DNA of 64,000 nucleotides, taken from NCBI GenBank assembly GCA_965204735.1, contig OZ242008.1, forward strand, positions 160,001-224,000, in the 5' to 3' direction. Below the pieces are notes generated by a model. The model did no database searches and had not been told where the DNA came from. It saw only the letters and a program-made list of their open reading frames with translations. This DNA comes from Longimicrobiales bacterium (GTDB lineage Bacteria; Gemmatimonadota; Gemmatimonadetes; Longimicrobiales; Gaopeijiaceae). This document shows, in pieces, positions 1 through 10,586 of this stretch. A program made the translations under genes and the position numbers. Positions within the stretch are counted from its first letter, which is position 1; every line of letters starts with the position of its first letter.

Positions 1-299
1 GGCGACTCGGGCAACTCACGGTTGCCTGCACTGCTTACACCACCGGTTCCAAGAGGTTCCCCGCAGCGGCGGGAGGGCTCGTCGGCACCGCGACTTGGCT
101 CATCGGAGCAGGTCGGGTTGTCGACCTTTGGCGAGTGTCGCCTTGGCTGCGGGGTGCGACTCCTGCCGGACTCAGGTTGGGTGCGGGTAAACCAAAACCG
201 AGACTCATGCCATCAACAGGGGCACGTGGCCGAAAGTCGGCTCACGATATCAGCGCTCGACTTAAAATCACAGGAGGCTGTTGCAACCGTAGAAACGCC

Positions 300-1469
300 A
301 TGGACACGATGAAGAAGACGGGAATTATCGCGCTGGTGTCGGGTGCGCTGGCCGTGCCTGTTGCGTGTATCGACGACATCAGAGGAGATGACCGTGGTCA
401 ACACCGCGTTGTCGCAAGCGAAGCGCCCTCCGATGGATACCTGCAGCTCGACGGCGACCCGCTGCTGGTGCTGGGCGAGCCAGCTGGTGCCACTGCGGTA
501 CACTTTGGGACCGTCGCGGGTGCGGTCGGCTTGGAAGACGGCAGCGTGGTCGTCGGCATGCTTCATGAGCGCGAGGTGCACAGGTTCGGACCAGATGGAC
601 GGCCATTGTGGACTCGGGGCGGCCGCGGCGAAGCGCCCGGCGAGTTCAGCGGCTTGCAGCTGATGCGCCATTGCCATGGCGATCGAGTGGTTGTCTGGGA
701 TCGGTATCTTGGGCGGCTTACGGAGTTCGACCACGACGGCAACCTCATCGGAACCAGGAGGCTTGATCTGCCTGCCTACAGCGCGGATTGCGCACCGGAC
801 GGGGCCTTCGTGTTCACTGGGTGGGGCGACTACTCCCAGGCCGCTGAAGTGGGCGAGCGATACAGGTGGGAGGTGCCGCTTCACGTGGATCGGGGTCAAG
901 GCATTCAGCTATTGCGGGCCGATGTGCCCGGACCCGACCGGGTCCGCTTCTCGAAGTCCGACGGACCTCTGACGTGGGGCCGCGAGCCGGTTATCGGGGC
1001 CGCCAACGACGGGGTTTGGCTGGGCACGGCCGACGCCTACGAACTGGAATTGATCGGATGGAACGGGACGACCGCCCTCGAAGTCGTGTTGAACGGTCCG
1101 AGTCAGAGGGTTACTGACGCCGACCTGCGCGCTTATCGGGCGCAGCGCATGAAGTCGCTCCCCGACGAGAGCAGTCGTGCCCGCTTCGGAGAGCGTTGGC
1201 GACGGATTAGATCCCAGCTGCCTTCCAGTTATCCCGCGTACGACCAGCTCCTCGACCTGCGGGACGGAGGTCTCCTGGTCCAAGTCTATCCGCGACCCGG
1301 GGCTCCTCGTGAATGGCATCGCCTCGACCGGCAAGGGACCTGGACCCACCGTCTGTTCCTAGATCGGAACATGGATGTCCTCGACGCCGGTGCCGACTGG
1401 ATCCTCCTCCTCGTTCGCGACGAGCTGGACATCGAGACGATCGAGCTCTACGCGCTAGCGGAGAGGTAA
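300..1469 (+). CDS. 6-bladed beta-propeller lipoprotein (DUF5128/TolB-like)
   Basis: Signal peptide with lipobox (MKKTGIIALVSGALAVPVAC); GGRGEAPGEF motif; C-terminal DELDIETIELY; start at ATG 300 or 309. Confidence 0.8.
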   Translation: MDTMKKTGIIALVSGALAVPVACIDDIRGDDRGQHRVVASEAPSDGYLQLDGDPLLVLGEPAGATAVHFGTVAGAVGLEDGSVVVGMLHEREVHRFGPDGRPLWTRGGRGEAPGEFSGLQLMRHCHGDRVVVWDRYLGRLTEFDHDGNLIGTRRLDLPAYSADCAPDGAFVFTGWGDYSQAAEVGERYRWEVPLHVDRGQGIQLLRADVPGPDRVRFSKSDGPLTWGREPVIGAANDGVWLGTADAYELELIGWNGTTALEVVLNGPSQRVTDADLRAYRAQRMKSLPDESSRARFGERWRRIRSQLPSSYPAYDQLLDLRDGGLLVQVYPRPGAPREWHRLDRQGTWTHRLFLDRNMDVLDAGADWILLLVRDELDIETIELYALAER

Positions 1470-1505
1470 ACTCGGTCGCAAGTCGGGGTGCCCAAAGGAG
1501 GAGCA

Positions 1506-2744
1506 ATGTCTGCGAAGGAACGATCCCTGACGCCGCGTTCGGCTATGGCAGCGACGCGGGCTTTCTCGTGGCTCCTGGTCGTCTTCTCGGCTTCGGTCGC
1601 CACAGGCGGCGAGCCGGAGTCGGTCCGGGCACAGCAGTCGGTCGGACCCGGGTTGATCTTGGAGGACAGCGTGGTTCTCCAGGAGAGCCGAGACGCTTAC
1701 GTCGGTCAGCCGGTCGAGATGTTTCTGGGCAGCGACGGCTCGCTGTTCGTCATCGACGGGTTCTCGAACAGCGTGGCGCGCTTCGACCAATCGGGACGGC
1801 TGATCCGTACCTATGGACGGCAAGGCCGAGGCCCGGGGGAGTTTTCCTACATCGGCTTCGGCGGATTTGCCGAGGAGGTTCTGGGAGTCGTCGACGGTCG
1901 GCCTCCGCAGCAGGAGATCGAGTTCTTTGACGTGGAGTCCGGCCGCCACCTGGGAAGGGTCGCAACGTCCAACATTGTGACGGCCGTAACCGCCCACGGG
2001 GAGAAGCTGTGGGTGGGAGGCGTGAATACCGACCAATGGAAGGGCGTGGGGGTCAAGTCCCTCCATGCCCTGCCGGGCGGCGAGGTTGCACTGGATCGCG
2101 TTCCAACTCCCAAGCCGTACTCGCAAAGCCAATTGCTTCTGTGGATTGGCGGAAGTGCTCGGTTGCACGCCGGCGACGCGGACCTCCTTGTCGGATACAT
2201 GGCAAGCCCGTTCCTAATGCGCGTCGACCCCGACGGAGACGTGCTCGACACGATACCGCTCGTGGCCGGCAAGCGCCGGGGCGTGCCCGCCGAGGACAAG
2301 TTGCTCGAGATGGCGAACAGCCATCAGACCGGCAAGACGACCTACGAAGAGATATTCAGCGCTTGGTCGTCTCTGATGAATCTGTCCAGAAGCGACGGTT
2401 TTGTCTTCACTGTTCACCAGGACAGCGAGCTTCACGGCCAGCAGGTTGCCGGAAAGCTCTACGTGAGCAGCCTGCGCGAAGACGGCACGAACCAGTGTCC
2501 CGACACGCCCGTGTCCACATCGGACGTGGGGCGGCCCGTCGCGGCGCTTCGCGGTGCGAGCCTCTTCGTCCTGGACCAGCGGATACACGACGGCGAACCC
2601 GACCGTTTGCGAACCGTCGTGCGGAAGTTCACGGTGGATCCCACCGAGTGCACGGGCCAAGTCGGAGTCCGAGGTCGGTCGGGGGATACAGCTCTGATGC
2701 TCGAAGGAATCCCGAGGTCATCCCGCTTCCCGCGGCCAGCGTGA
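1506..2744 (+). CDS. 6-bladed beta-propeller protein, secreted
   Basis: AAGGAGGAG RBS before ATG 1506; hydrophobic N-terminus; YGRQGRGPGEF motif. Confidence 0.8.
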   Translation: MSAKERSLTPRSAMAATRAFSWLLVVFSASVATGGEPESVRAQQSVGPGLILEDSVVLQESRDAYVGQPVEMFLGSDGSLFVIDGFSNSVARFDQSGRLIRTYGRQGRGPGEFSYIGFGGFAEEVLGVVDGRPPQQEIEFFDVESGRHLGRVATSNIVTAVTAHGEKLWVGGVNTDQWKGVGVKSLHALPGGEVALDRVPTPKPYSQSQLLLWIGGSARLHAGDADLLVGYMASPFLMRVDPDGDVLDTIPLVAGKRRGVPAEDKLLEMANSHQTGKTTYEEIFSAWSSLMNLSRSDGFVFTVHQDSELHGQQVAGKLYVSSLREDGTNQCPDTPVSTSDVGRPVAALRGASLFVLDQRIHDGEPDRLRTVVRKFTVDPTECTGQVGVRGRSGDTALMLEGIPRSSRFPRPA

Positions 2745-2773
2745 CGAGCCCCCGTGTCGCTTTCGTCACGTGG

Positions 2774-2965
2774 CTACCGGGGAGGGGCCGGGCGGCTCAC
2801 GTCGGCGGCCACGTGCCAGCCCCGAACCCCGTTCTGTTGCAGAACATCGCGGACGATCGTCGTCTTGCCGGTCTGCCGAGGACCGATGACCGCGACGATC
2901 AGCGGCTTCTCCAGGCGCAGCAGCCGGAGCACCGTCCCTACGTGTCGTCTCTGGAACTGTCTCAT
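2774..2965 (-). pseudogene. Truncated AAA (AAA_14-like) ATP-binding protein, N-terminal fragment
   Basis: IVAVIGPRQTGKTT Walker A in a 63-aa ORF with no Walker B. Confidence 0.6.
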
Positions 2966-3562
2966 GTCAGTGAATATACGTCACGAGGGCATCTTACTCA
3001 ACAACATCTTGGAAGCGGCCGTGAGGCCGAGGGTTCGGGGCGGCGCCGGGGGGCCGGTCCCTTGGCGGGGCCGTCGCCGTTGCGGATGCCGAAGAGGCCG
3101 TCGTAGCGGTCCAGCGAACCTCCACGGCAGGCGCGATGTCGGGACGCCGGGCTCGGGCTCACCCACGGCCCGTTCTCCGAACGACAGGACCGAGCCCCCG
3201 TCCGACCCGCAGTGCTCAAGGAACGGCGGGTGCTCACCATGAAGGACATGTGGCGGCCGTTCGCCGACCGGCGCTCCGACGCTCCCCGGGAACCCGACTG
3301 AGGCAGCCCCCGATGATATCGGGGGTCCGCTGCTGGCCCGTTGCCTTGCGTTACCGGCGTTGAGTTGGTAGCATGAGGGTCACGTGGGCACGGGGAGTGC
3401 GGAGGAGGGGGGAACAGGTCCTCCCTCCTCCGCACTAGTAGACGCAATCCAACTGAGGCGCTTGCATTCCGCAACCTCGTTCCAACACGAAGGATAGGGT
3501 ACCGAAAATGATAGCACCGTACAGCTTGCGTCAGGCCGGGCGCGTCGTGCGAGTGGTTCGGG

Positions 3563-4219
3563 CTAGACGTTGTACAGATGCCGAAACCAAGCAATGAACG
3601 CCGTTGCTGCTGGCGCATCGTGATGGAAGTATCTTGCACGGATTGCAGTACCGTAGCGCAAGCCGGGCTCCTTCTGCCATGCCAGCCATGCGTGCACTAC
3701 GGCCTTCTGAGTGTCCGTTGCCGTGAACTCTGCCCCCAATGCCGTCGCCTGATTTGTCGCAGTCCTTGCATGTGCAAGCAGCGGGTTGCCAGCCTCGACA
3801 AGGTCGGCAAGAAACTCCTCCAACGCTCCTTTCCGCAGGTTGTCAGGCATGATCCATACGCCGACTCGGGTGCCATAGTCAGGGGACTCGCCCACGAAGC
3901 CGCCCGCGGGAATCTGATCAGGAACGGGCACCCCCACCTTACTGAGACGGGACGACACTGCCGCCCAACGCCTCAACGGTTGGTTGTCGGCATCCAACAC
4001 AAATCCTGCTGAACGGCCCGTGCTGCTACGCACGCTGACAGCGATGGCGGACAGTACGCCCTTCACTCCGTCGCCGGGCGCGTTGGGAATCGGGAGCGGC
4101 GGTGGTGGATTTCTTTCACCGTAGCCGATATCGTGCCAGCGGAGCAGGTGCCGTACAGCACTCTCGTCGTCCTTTCCCTCGACCAGCAGGACGGACCGTT
4201 GATTGTCGACTGTGGTCAT
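3563..4219 (-). CDS. DUF3226 family Toprim-like protein
   Basis: LLVEGKDD and VLDAD Toprim motifs; GVWIMPDN..GALEEFL; overlaps the upstream ATPase stop by 4 nt. Confidence 0.8.
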   Translation of the reverse strand: MTTVDNQRSVLLVEGKDDESAVRHLLRWHDIGYGERNPPPPLPIPNAPGDGVKGVLSAIAVSVRSSTGRSAGFVLDADNQPLRRWAAVSSRLSKVGVPVPDQIPAGGFVGESPDYGTRVGVWIMPDNLRKGALEEFLADLVEAGNPLLAHARTATNQATALGAEFTATDTQKAVVHAWLAWQKEPGLRYGTAIRARYFHHDAPAATAFIAWFRHLYNV

Positions 4220-5313
4220 CGCAGTTCGATTTCGTGGTCGATAGCACTCTCGACGTCGGTGCTGTCAAATCCGACAGAGTGCGTCAGTGCCCGTTCTACT
4301 TTATGAACGGTAAACTCGGTCGCAAGGTCGGGGCGGGACGCAGCAAGGGAAGCGAGCCCTCGAATGCAGTCGTAGCTGTGAGTGGTGGCGAACACCTGAA
4401 TACTGGCCTTGGTGGCTTGCTCGATGACCAGTCGCCAGAGATCCTCGAGCACCGTCCAATGAAGTCCCGTGTCGATTTCATCGACCAGCAATACTCCTCC
4501 AGAGAGTTGAGTCAATGATAGAGCCAACGCAAGCAAGCGGCGCGTGCCATCGCCGTGACTGCCGATTGGAGTCCGCCGGGCCGTGTTGTGGAGTCCCAAG
4601 ACGATGTCGCCCCGGCCGTAACCGTTCGCGCTCAAGAAATGGATTGAATCCAGATTGTGTTCCACCAATTTGAGCGCATCAATTACTTCCAATTCTCGCC
4701 TCTCCAGCACCACTTGATCCCACATACGACGCATCGAATCTACACCCAGAGACGATGCAGTCACAAATTGGACAGGCGTGGTTGGCAATGCATCAACAGT
4801 TGTCCGCATTGTCCGAGTATCCAGGTGAAGCGTGCCGTCCATAGTCGCAGGAAAGAGCAGAGCATCTCCGGCGTCGGTACTCGAAACCCGCACGGCGAGC
4901 AACTCGGCATCGTCTTCGTCCTTCTCGAACAGACGGTGCTGATCGGAGTGGAGATCGCCCGTGTCTTCCTCAACGGTCACGGTCACGAACCGACCCTGGT
5001 CGCTTGACCGAATGCTGAACTCGGATCCAAGACCAAAGCGATGTCCGTACATGAACCCCGAAATATCGGCCATCCTACGTATGCGGCCTTGATACGGACG
5101 GTCGTGATCGCCAAGGTACTTGATCTCACCACGCTTGTCCGCGATCCCGCGAAGCACGTAGGGACTGCCTCCGGACGCCAAGAACTGGACTGCCTCGAGG
5201 ATTGAAGTTTTTCCGGAGTTGTTCTTGCCAACCAGCAGGTTGACTCGGGCCAAGTCGCGCAGCTCGTAGGACTTGAAGCTGCGATAGCCTTGAAGCTCCA
5301 GGTTGCGGATCAC
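4216..5313 (-). CDS. ABC-type ATPase (AAA_15/AAA_21 family)
   Basis: Walker A GKNNSGKT, signature-like GDG, Walker B LLVDEIDTGLH, H-loop ATTHS. Confidence 0.9.
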   Translation of the reverse strand: MIRNLELQGYRSFKSYELRDLARVNLLVGKNNSGKTSILEAVQFLASGGSPYVLRGIADKRGEIKYLGDHDRPYQGRIRRMADISGFMYGHRFGLGSEFSIRSSDQGRFVTVTVEEDTGDLHSDQHRLFEKDEDDAELLAVRVSSTDAGDALLFPATMDGTLHLDTRTMRTTVDALPTTPVQFVTASSLGVDSMRRMWDQVVLERRELEVIDALKLVEHNLDSIHFLSANGYGRGDIVLGLHNTARRTPIGSHGDGTRRLLALALSLTQLSGGVLLVDEIDTGLHWTVLEDLWRLVIEQATKASIQVFATTHSYDCIRGLASLAASRPDLATEFTVHKVERALTHSVGFDSTDVESAIDHEIELR

Positions 5314-5472
5314 GCTGCCGACCTCCGTTGCGCTCTCGGCGGATTATCTTGGTCTCCGACTAGGATTAGTGGACCGATGCCACAAGGTACTTTCGCGGGT
5401 TCCGGTCCGCCACCCCTCCGTCGCCGACGTGTCACCGCGTTGGCCTCGTCGGTCCGAAGCCTGGGAACCCGT

Positions 5473-7224
5473 TCACCGGCCCGCCCAGTGGGCTCGGACA
5501 CGAACGGCGAAGTTGTTTCGGTTGCGGCCGGTGAACGCGAAGTTGGCGGCCCGCTCGTAGGCTGCGCGAACCCCCAGGGCGATCCGGCCGGGTTCCGGCT
5601 CGCGGCGCCACTCCAACGTCAAGCGGCGGCGGACCTCGCTGGGGAACTCGGCCGTCTTCGTCCACACCCACGGCCGAGGGTCGCCCTCGAAGGCGCCTGC
5701 GAGCGTCCATTCGTCCGCCGACCAGCGCTCCTGGGCGACCGACGCCTCCGCCTTCCACGCCGACGCCGTCCACGCGAATCCGACGGAGACGCCGCGGGCG
5801 TTGGGTCCCAGGGGATCTCCCAGAACCCGTCCGTCGAGCGTGAGGCCGGAGGTGTACTGGTGATGCGTGTGGGGAAGGGGTCCCGCGCTCTTGGCGTCGG
5901 CCCACACGTCCAGGCGCCCCTGGCTCCCGAGTCCGTAGGCGCGCGCGCCGAACGCCCAGATCGCGTCCTGCCAGAACGCCCGCAGAGCTTGGTCCCGGTT
6001 CGCCCGAAGGTCGGTGGCGACGAAGTTCATGAAGAAGTGGGTGCGGATCGACGGGACGGTGACGAGAACGTCTATCCCGGCGACCTTGTCTGAGATTTCG
6101 ATCACGCCCCCGAGGAAGGGCAGGAAGACGTCGATGGCGCGCTCGCCGAGGGTCCCGTCCGGCGCACCGTCGCCGCCCTGCAGGTTCACGTACACCAACG
6201 CGAGTTCGACGGTACGCCCTGGGCGGTTGCTGAGCCGGAAGGCCGACAGCCAGCTGCCGGGCACGTCGCGGTCGGCGCCCATCCGGGCCAGCAGCGCCGA
6301 CGCCCGCCACTGACCCCACCCGCGAAGCCGACCTGGGAGACGAACCGGCCGCTCCGTTGCCAGGCGGATCATGTCGAAGCCCCGAGCGTTGCCGGAGAGC
6401 AGCGGCCCTCCGTCCCGTCCGTAGCCCATCGTCACCGAGTTGCGGCCCGCTTCCAGCGCCAGCGGACCCTGCACGAGCCTGGCGTATGCGGAATGGAAGG
6501 TCGCGGAGACGGAGGCGGAGGCGGACTCGCCGCCGCGGAGCGCGTGGAGCCAGGCGCGGGGGCGAAGGGAGGCGGCGAACCGGCCGGACTCGGCCTCGGC
6601 GGCGAACTCGGCCGAGACGGTCCACCCGTCGGCGATCTTCCGGCCCTGGTTGCGCTGCAGGATGGGGTTCAGGAGTCCATCGATCTCGCCGGCGGCGCCG
6701 GGGCCCAAGGGCCGGTAGGGCGACTGGGCCAGCCACAGGTCGACCTGGGCGTCCCGGAGGGCGACGGGAGCCGGTTGCGGGAAGCGTCTACGGAGCCGCG
6801 CCAAGGCTTCGGCGACCCGGGGACGAAGCGCTGGCCGCCCGAGAGATGCGGCGCGCTCGGCCGCCTCGGCCACCCAGCGAGCGAACGCGGCGCGGGAGTG
6901 GGGAGCTTCGCCGGCCGCGAGGGTCGCCACCAGGTCCGCCGCGGCCAGCAGCTCGACGTCGGCGTAGGCGGGGTCGAGGACGGGGACGTAGGCCGTGGCG
7001 CGGGTTCCGTCCTCGGCGGCTTGGGCGCGCAGCCCGCCGGAAAGCGTCGCCTGGGCGGCCAAGGTCGCGCCGATCGCCGCCGCGGTCCCCAGAACGAGGA
7101 CTCTGCTCGGTGCTCGGCGTCGGTGGGGGCGTGCGGGCCGCCGGAGTCGGGGCGGCGGCGCCGGGCCGCGCCACAGGGCCGACCGGGTCCCTCCCGCGAC
7201 GGACATGGCTCTGCTGAAACCCAC
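5473..7224 (-). CDS. Capsule assembly Wzi family outer-membrane protein
   Basis: GYGRDGGPLLSGNARGFDMIRL and YTSG...LGDPLGPNARG motifs; beta-barrel-like C-terminus; true start probably somewhat downstream. Confidence 0.75.
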   Translation of the reverse strand: MGFSRAMSVAGGTRSALWRGPAPPPRLRRPARPHRRRAPSRVLVLGTAAAIGATLAAQATLSGGLRAQAAEDGTRATAYVPVLDPAYADVELLAAADLVATLAAGEAPHSRAAFARWVAEAAERAASLGRPALRPRVAEALARLRRRFPQPAPVALRDAQVDLWLAQSPYRPLGPGAAGEIDGLLNPILQRNQGRKIADGWTVSAEFAAEAESGRFAASLRPRAWLHALRGGESASASVSATFHSAYARLVQGPLALEAGRNSVTMGYGRDGGPLLSGNARGFDMIRLATERPVRLPGRLRGWGQWRASALLARMGADRDVPGSWLSAFRLSNRPGRTVELALVYVNLQGGDGAPDGTLGERAIDVFLPFLGGVIEISDKVAGIDVLVTVPSIRTHFFMNFVATDLRANRDQALRAFWQDAIWAFGARAYGLGSQGRLDVWADAKSAGPLPHTHHQYTSGLTLDGRVLGDPLGPNARGVSVGFAWTASAWKAEASVAQERWSADEWTLAGAFEGDPRPWVWTKTAEFPSEVRRRLTLEWRREPEPGRIALGVRAAYERAANFAFTGRNRNNFAVRVRAHWAGR

Positions 7225-7483
7225 GATCTCTCCCCCTCCTGCTGCCGCTGTCCCGCCGCGCGGCCGGAGCAGCGCTCGGCCAGTCGCCGGTCAGCCGTGC
7301 GTGACGGTTGTGCCGCCGTGCGCCCGGATCGGCGCAAACGTTCGCCGGACTTGCCCGCGTGGGCTCGCCAAGGCACTTTCGCCGGGTTCCAAGCGCAGCG
7401 GTGCGCCGGTCCATGAGCGCAATGGCCACATGTGCGCCCCGGCTCCGCTTCGCTCCTCCGAACCCAGTCCAGGCAGTCCAACA

Positions 7484-8947
7484 ATGTCGAACGCCGCCCC
7501 CAGCCAAGTCACCCCCAACTTCGTGAACGGGGAGTGGTCGGTCCCGCAATCGGACCAGCGCTTGACGGTCGAGGACCCGGCCACCGGCGAGACGCTGGGC
7601 GCGGTGCCCCTCTCGGGAGCGGTCGACGTGGACGCCGCCGTCGGCGCCGCCAAGGCGGCGTTTCCCGAATGGCGACGCACGCCGGTGGTGGAGCGGGCCA
7701 GGGTCTTCTTCCGCCTGAAGGCCCTTCTGGACGAACGCCGCGACGAACTGGCGCTGGGGCTGGTCCGAGAGCACGGCAAGAACATGGCCGAGGCCGCAGG
7801 CGAAGTGCAGCGCGGGATCGAGAACGTGGAGCACGCGGCCGGGATGCCCACACTCATGATGGGCGACACCCTGGAGGACGTGGCGCGGGGCGTGGACTGC
7901 GAGACGGTGCGGCAGCCCCTCGGCGTCTTCGCCGTGATCACGCCGTACAACTTTCCCGTGATGGTGCCGCTCTGGTTCTGGCCCTACGCCGTGGCGGCGG
8001 GCAACACGGTGGTCCTCAAGCCGAGCGAGCAGGACCCGCTCACCCACCACCGGGTAGTGGAGCTGGCGGCGCGGGCGGGCCTCCCTCCCGGCGTGCTGAA
8101 CGTGGTGCACGGACGAGGCGAGACGGCAAAGGCGCTCGTGGAGCACCCGGACGTGGCCGGAGTGTCGTTCGTCGGCTCCAGCGAAGTCGCGGCGGCGATC
8201 TACCGGGCGGCGGGCGCGGCCGGCAAGCGCGTGCAGGCTCTGGGGGGCGCCAAGAACCACATGATCGTGCTCCCCGACGCCGACCCCGACGCGGTGGCTT
8301 CCGCAGTCGTGGAGTCGGTGTTCGGCTGCGCGGGACAGCGCTGCTTGGCGGGCTCGGTGGTGGTCGGCGTAGGCGAGTCCTACGAGCCCGTGCGGGAGCG
8401 GGTCCTGGACGGCGCCGCGTCCCTGAAGGTGGGTCGCGGAGTGGAGGAAGGGGTCGACATGGGGCCGGTGATCTCGGGAGCGCACAAGAACCGGGTGGCG
8501 GGCTTCATCGCCCAGGGAGAGCGCGACGGCGCCCGCCTCCTGCTGGACGGCCGCGGCGCCGAGGTGGCCGGATGCCCCGGCGGCCACTGGTTGGGACCCA
8601 CGGTCTTCGAGGACGTCTCTCCCGACACCCCCATCGGGCGCGACGAGGTGTTCGGCCCGGTGGCGGGGCTGGCGCGGTCCGACTCCCTGGAAGCCGCGCT
8701 GGAGCTGGTGGGCCGGAACCCCTACGGCAACGCGGCGTCGATCTTCACCCAGTCCGGCCGCGCGGCTCGGGAGTTCCGCTACCGGGCGGGCATCTCGATG
8801 CTGGGAGTCAACATCGGAGTCGCGGCGCCGATGGCGTTCTTTCCCTTCGGAGGCGCCCGGGCCTCCTTCTACGGCGACCTCAAGGCTCAAGGCAAGGACT
8901 CGGTCGCGTTCTACACCGACCAGCGCGTCGTGATCTCCAGGTGGTGA
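7484..8947 (+). CDS. mmsA: CoA-acylating (methyl)malonate-semialdehyde dehydrogenase
   Basis: ITPYNFP, LKPSEQDP, FVGSS, GAKNH, AGQRCLA, EVFGPV, GVNIGVAAPMAFFPFGG. Confidence 0.9.
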   Translation: MSNAAPSQVTPNFVNGEWSVPQSDQRLTVEDPATGETLGAVPLSGAVDVDAAVGAAKAAFPEWRRTPVVERARVFFRLKALLDERRDELALGLVREHGKNMAEAAGEVQRGIENVEHAAGMPTLMMGDTLEDVARGVDCETVRQPLGVFAVITPYNFPVMVPLWFWPYAVAAGNTVVLKPSEQDPLTHHRVVELAARAGLPPGVLNVVHGRGETAKALVEHPDVAGVSFVGSSEVAAAIYRAAGAAGKRVQALGGAKNHMIVLPDADPDAVASAVVESVFGCAGQRCLAGSVVVGVGESYEPVRERVLDGAASLKVGRGVEEGVDMGPVISGAHKNRVAGFIAQGERDGARLLLDGRGAEVAGCPGGHWLGPTVFEDVSPDTPIGRDEVFGPVAGLARSDSLEAALELVGRNPYGNAASIFTQSGRAAREFRYRAGISMLGVNIGVAAPMAFFPFGGARASFYGDLKAQGKDSVAFYTDQRVVISRW

Positions 8948-10371
8948 GCGAAGCCCCCGCGGCCGGCCCGCCGGCCGCGTCCCCCGGCGCGTCCCCCGTC
9001 CCGTCCGCCAGCCGGCCGCCCGCTCCCGCCGTTCCTCCGCACTCTGCCGACAGCCGCAGCGCCGCTCTCCTCGCCCGCCAAAGGGACTGCCTCTTCGACT
9101 GCGTGCAGCCCCTCTACGCCGAGCCCGTGGCGGTCGCCGAGGGAGCCGGGTGCTGGGTGAAGGACCACGACGGCCGAGAGTACCTGGACGCCTTCGCCGG
9201 CATCCTCACCACCTCTCTCGGGCACTGCCACCCGCGAGTCGCTGCGGCCGTGCAGGAGCAGGCCGCTCGCCTGGGCCACGTGTCGCCCCTTTACGTGAAC
9301 GAGCCCCAGGTGGAGGCCGCGGAGGCGCTGGCCCGGATCGCGCCGGGCGACCTGAGCCGCACCTTCTTCCTCAACAGCGGCACCGAAGCGATCGAGACCG
9401 CGCTGGCGGCGGCGCGCCTCCACACCGGGCGCACCGAGGTCGTGGCGCTGCGCCACGCCTACCACGGGCGCACCAGCCTGGCCGCCGCCGCGACCGCCCA
9501 CGCGCCCTGGCGAGTCCTGCCCAGCACGGTCGCGGGGATCACCCACGCCCTCTCGCCCTACCCCTACCGCGCCCCTTTCGGCCCGTGCAGCGACGAGGAG
9601 CTTGCGGAACGGTACGCCCAGGACTTGGCCGAGGTGATCGAGACCACGACGAACGGCCGCCCCGCCGCCCTCGTGGCCGAGACGATCCAGGGCGTCGGCG
9701 GCTACATCGTGCCTCCCAGAGGCTACTTCCAGCGGATGGCCGAAGTGGTCCGCTCCTACGGCGGCGTCTTCGTCAGCGACGAGGTCCAGTCCGGCTTCGG
9801 ACGCACGGGGGGACGGTGGTTCGGGATCGAGCACTGGGACGTGGTTCCGGAGATCATGGTCACCGCCAAGGGATTGGGCGCGGGGATGCCCGCCGGGGCG
9901 GTCACGGCCACGCCGGAGGTCGCGGCCAGCTGGCACGGCAAGACCCTCTCGACCTTCGGCGGCAACCCGGTGTGCATGGCGGCGGTCGCCACCGCGATCC
10001 AGGTCATGGAGGAAGAGGACGTTCCGGCCCGGGCCGAGGCGCGGGGCGGAAGGCTGCGGGCGGGCCTGGACGAGTTGGCTGCGCGCTTCCGGTGGATCGG
10101 CGAAGTGCGCGGCATGGGGCTGATGCAGGCGCTGGAGCTGGTGGAGGACCCGGACTCCAAGTCCCCCGCCCCGGCCCTGGGCGTCGCGCTGCTGGACGCC
10201 GCCAAGGAGAACGGCCTGCTGATCGGCCTCGGCGGCCTCCACGGCCATGTGATCCGTCTGGGGCCCTCGCTGCTGATCTCCGAGGACGAAGTCGACGAAG
10301 CGCTGCGTCGCCTCTCCCTCGCCTGCGCCGCCGTGGACGACTCCCGCCCGCGCCCCCGAGCGGACCGATGA
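8944..10371 (+). CDS. Class III PLP aminotransferase (beta-alanine/alanine-glyoxylate AT2-like)
   Basis: NSGTEA, YHGRT, ETIQGVGG, DEVQSGFGRTG, TAKGLG, STFGGNP; GTG start overlaps the mmsA stop. Confidence 0.9.
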   Translation: MSEAPAAGPPAASPGASPVPSASRPPAPAVPPHSADSRSAALLARQRDCLFDCVQPLYAEPVAVAEGAGCWVKDHDGREYLDAFAGILTTSLGHCHPRVAAAVQEQAARLGHVSPLYVNEPQVEAAEALARIAPGDLSRTFFLNSGTEAIETALAAARLHTGRTEVVALRHAYHGRTSLAAAATAHAPWRVLPSTVAGITHALSPYPYRAPFGPCSDEELAERYAQDLAEVIETTTNGRPAALVAETIQGVGGYIVPPRGYFQRMAEVVRSYGGVFVSDEVQSGFGRTGGRWFGIEHWDVVPEIMVTAKGLGAGMPAGAVTATPEVAASWHGKTLSTFGGNPVCMAAVATAIQVMEEEDVPARAEARGGRLRAGLDELAARFRWIGEVRGMGLMQALELVEDPDSKSPAPALGVALLDAAKENGLLIGLGGLHGHVIRLGPSLLISEDEVDEALRRLSLACAAVDDSRPRPRADR

Positions 10372-10586
10372 TCGCCGGGCTTCCCCTGGACACCTGGATC
10401 CTCGTCGTCGCGGCCACCGTGCCGCCCCTGGTCGTGGCGGCGGCGGCCTGCCGGGTCCACGGCCGAAGCGCAGACGGGTCGGGCGCCAAGCGGCCCTGGC
10501 CCGGCGAAGACGCGCCCGCCGCCCCCGCCGGAGAGAACGCCGGCGCCCCCGCCGGCGCCCCGGAAGGTCCCGCCCGAGCCCCGTGA
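10368..10586 (+). CDS. Small single-TM protein coupled to the symporter
   Basis: MIAGLPLDTWILVVAATVPPLVV; ATGA/GTGA overlaps on both sides. Confidence 0.6.
   Translation: MIAGLPLDTWILVVAATVPPLVVAAAACRVHGRSADGSGAKRPWPGEDAPAAPAGENAGAPAGAPEGPARAP

Noticed and set aside
2966..3562. Possible ncRNA or small gene with hairpins in the intergenic stretch
   Set aside because: No recognisable tRNA/ncRNA consensus, and the ORFs lack motifs.
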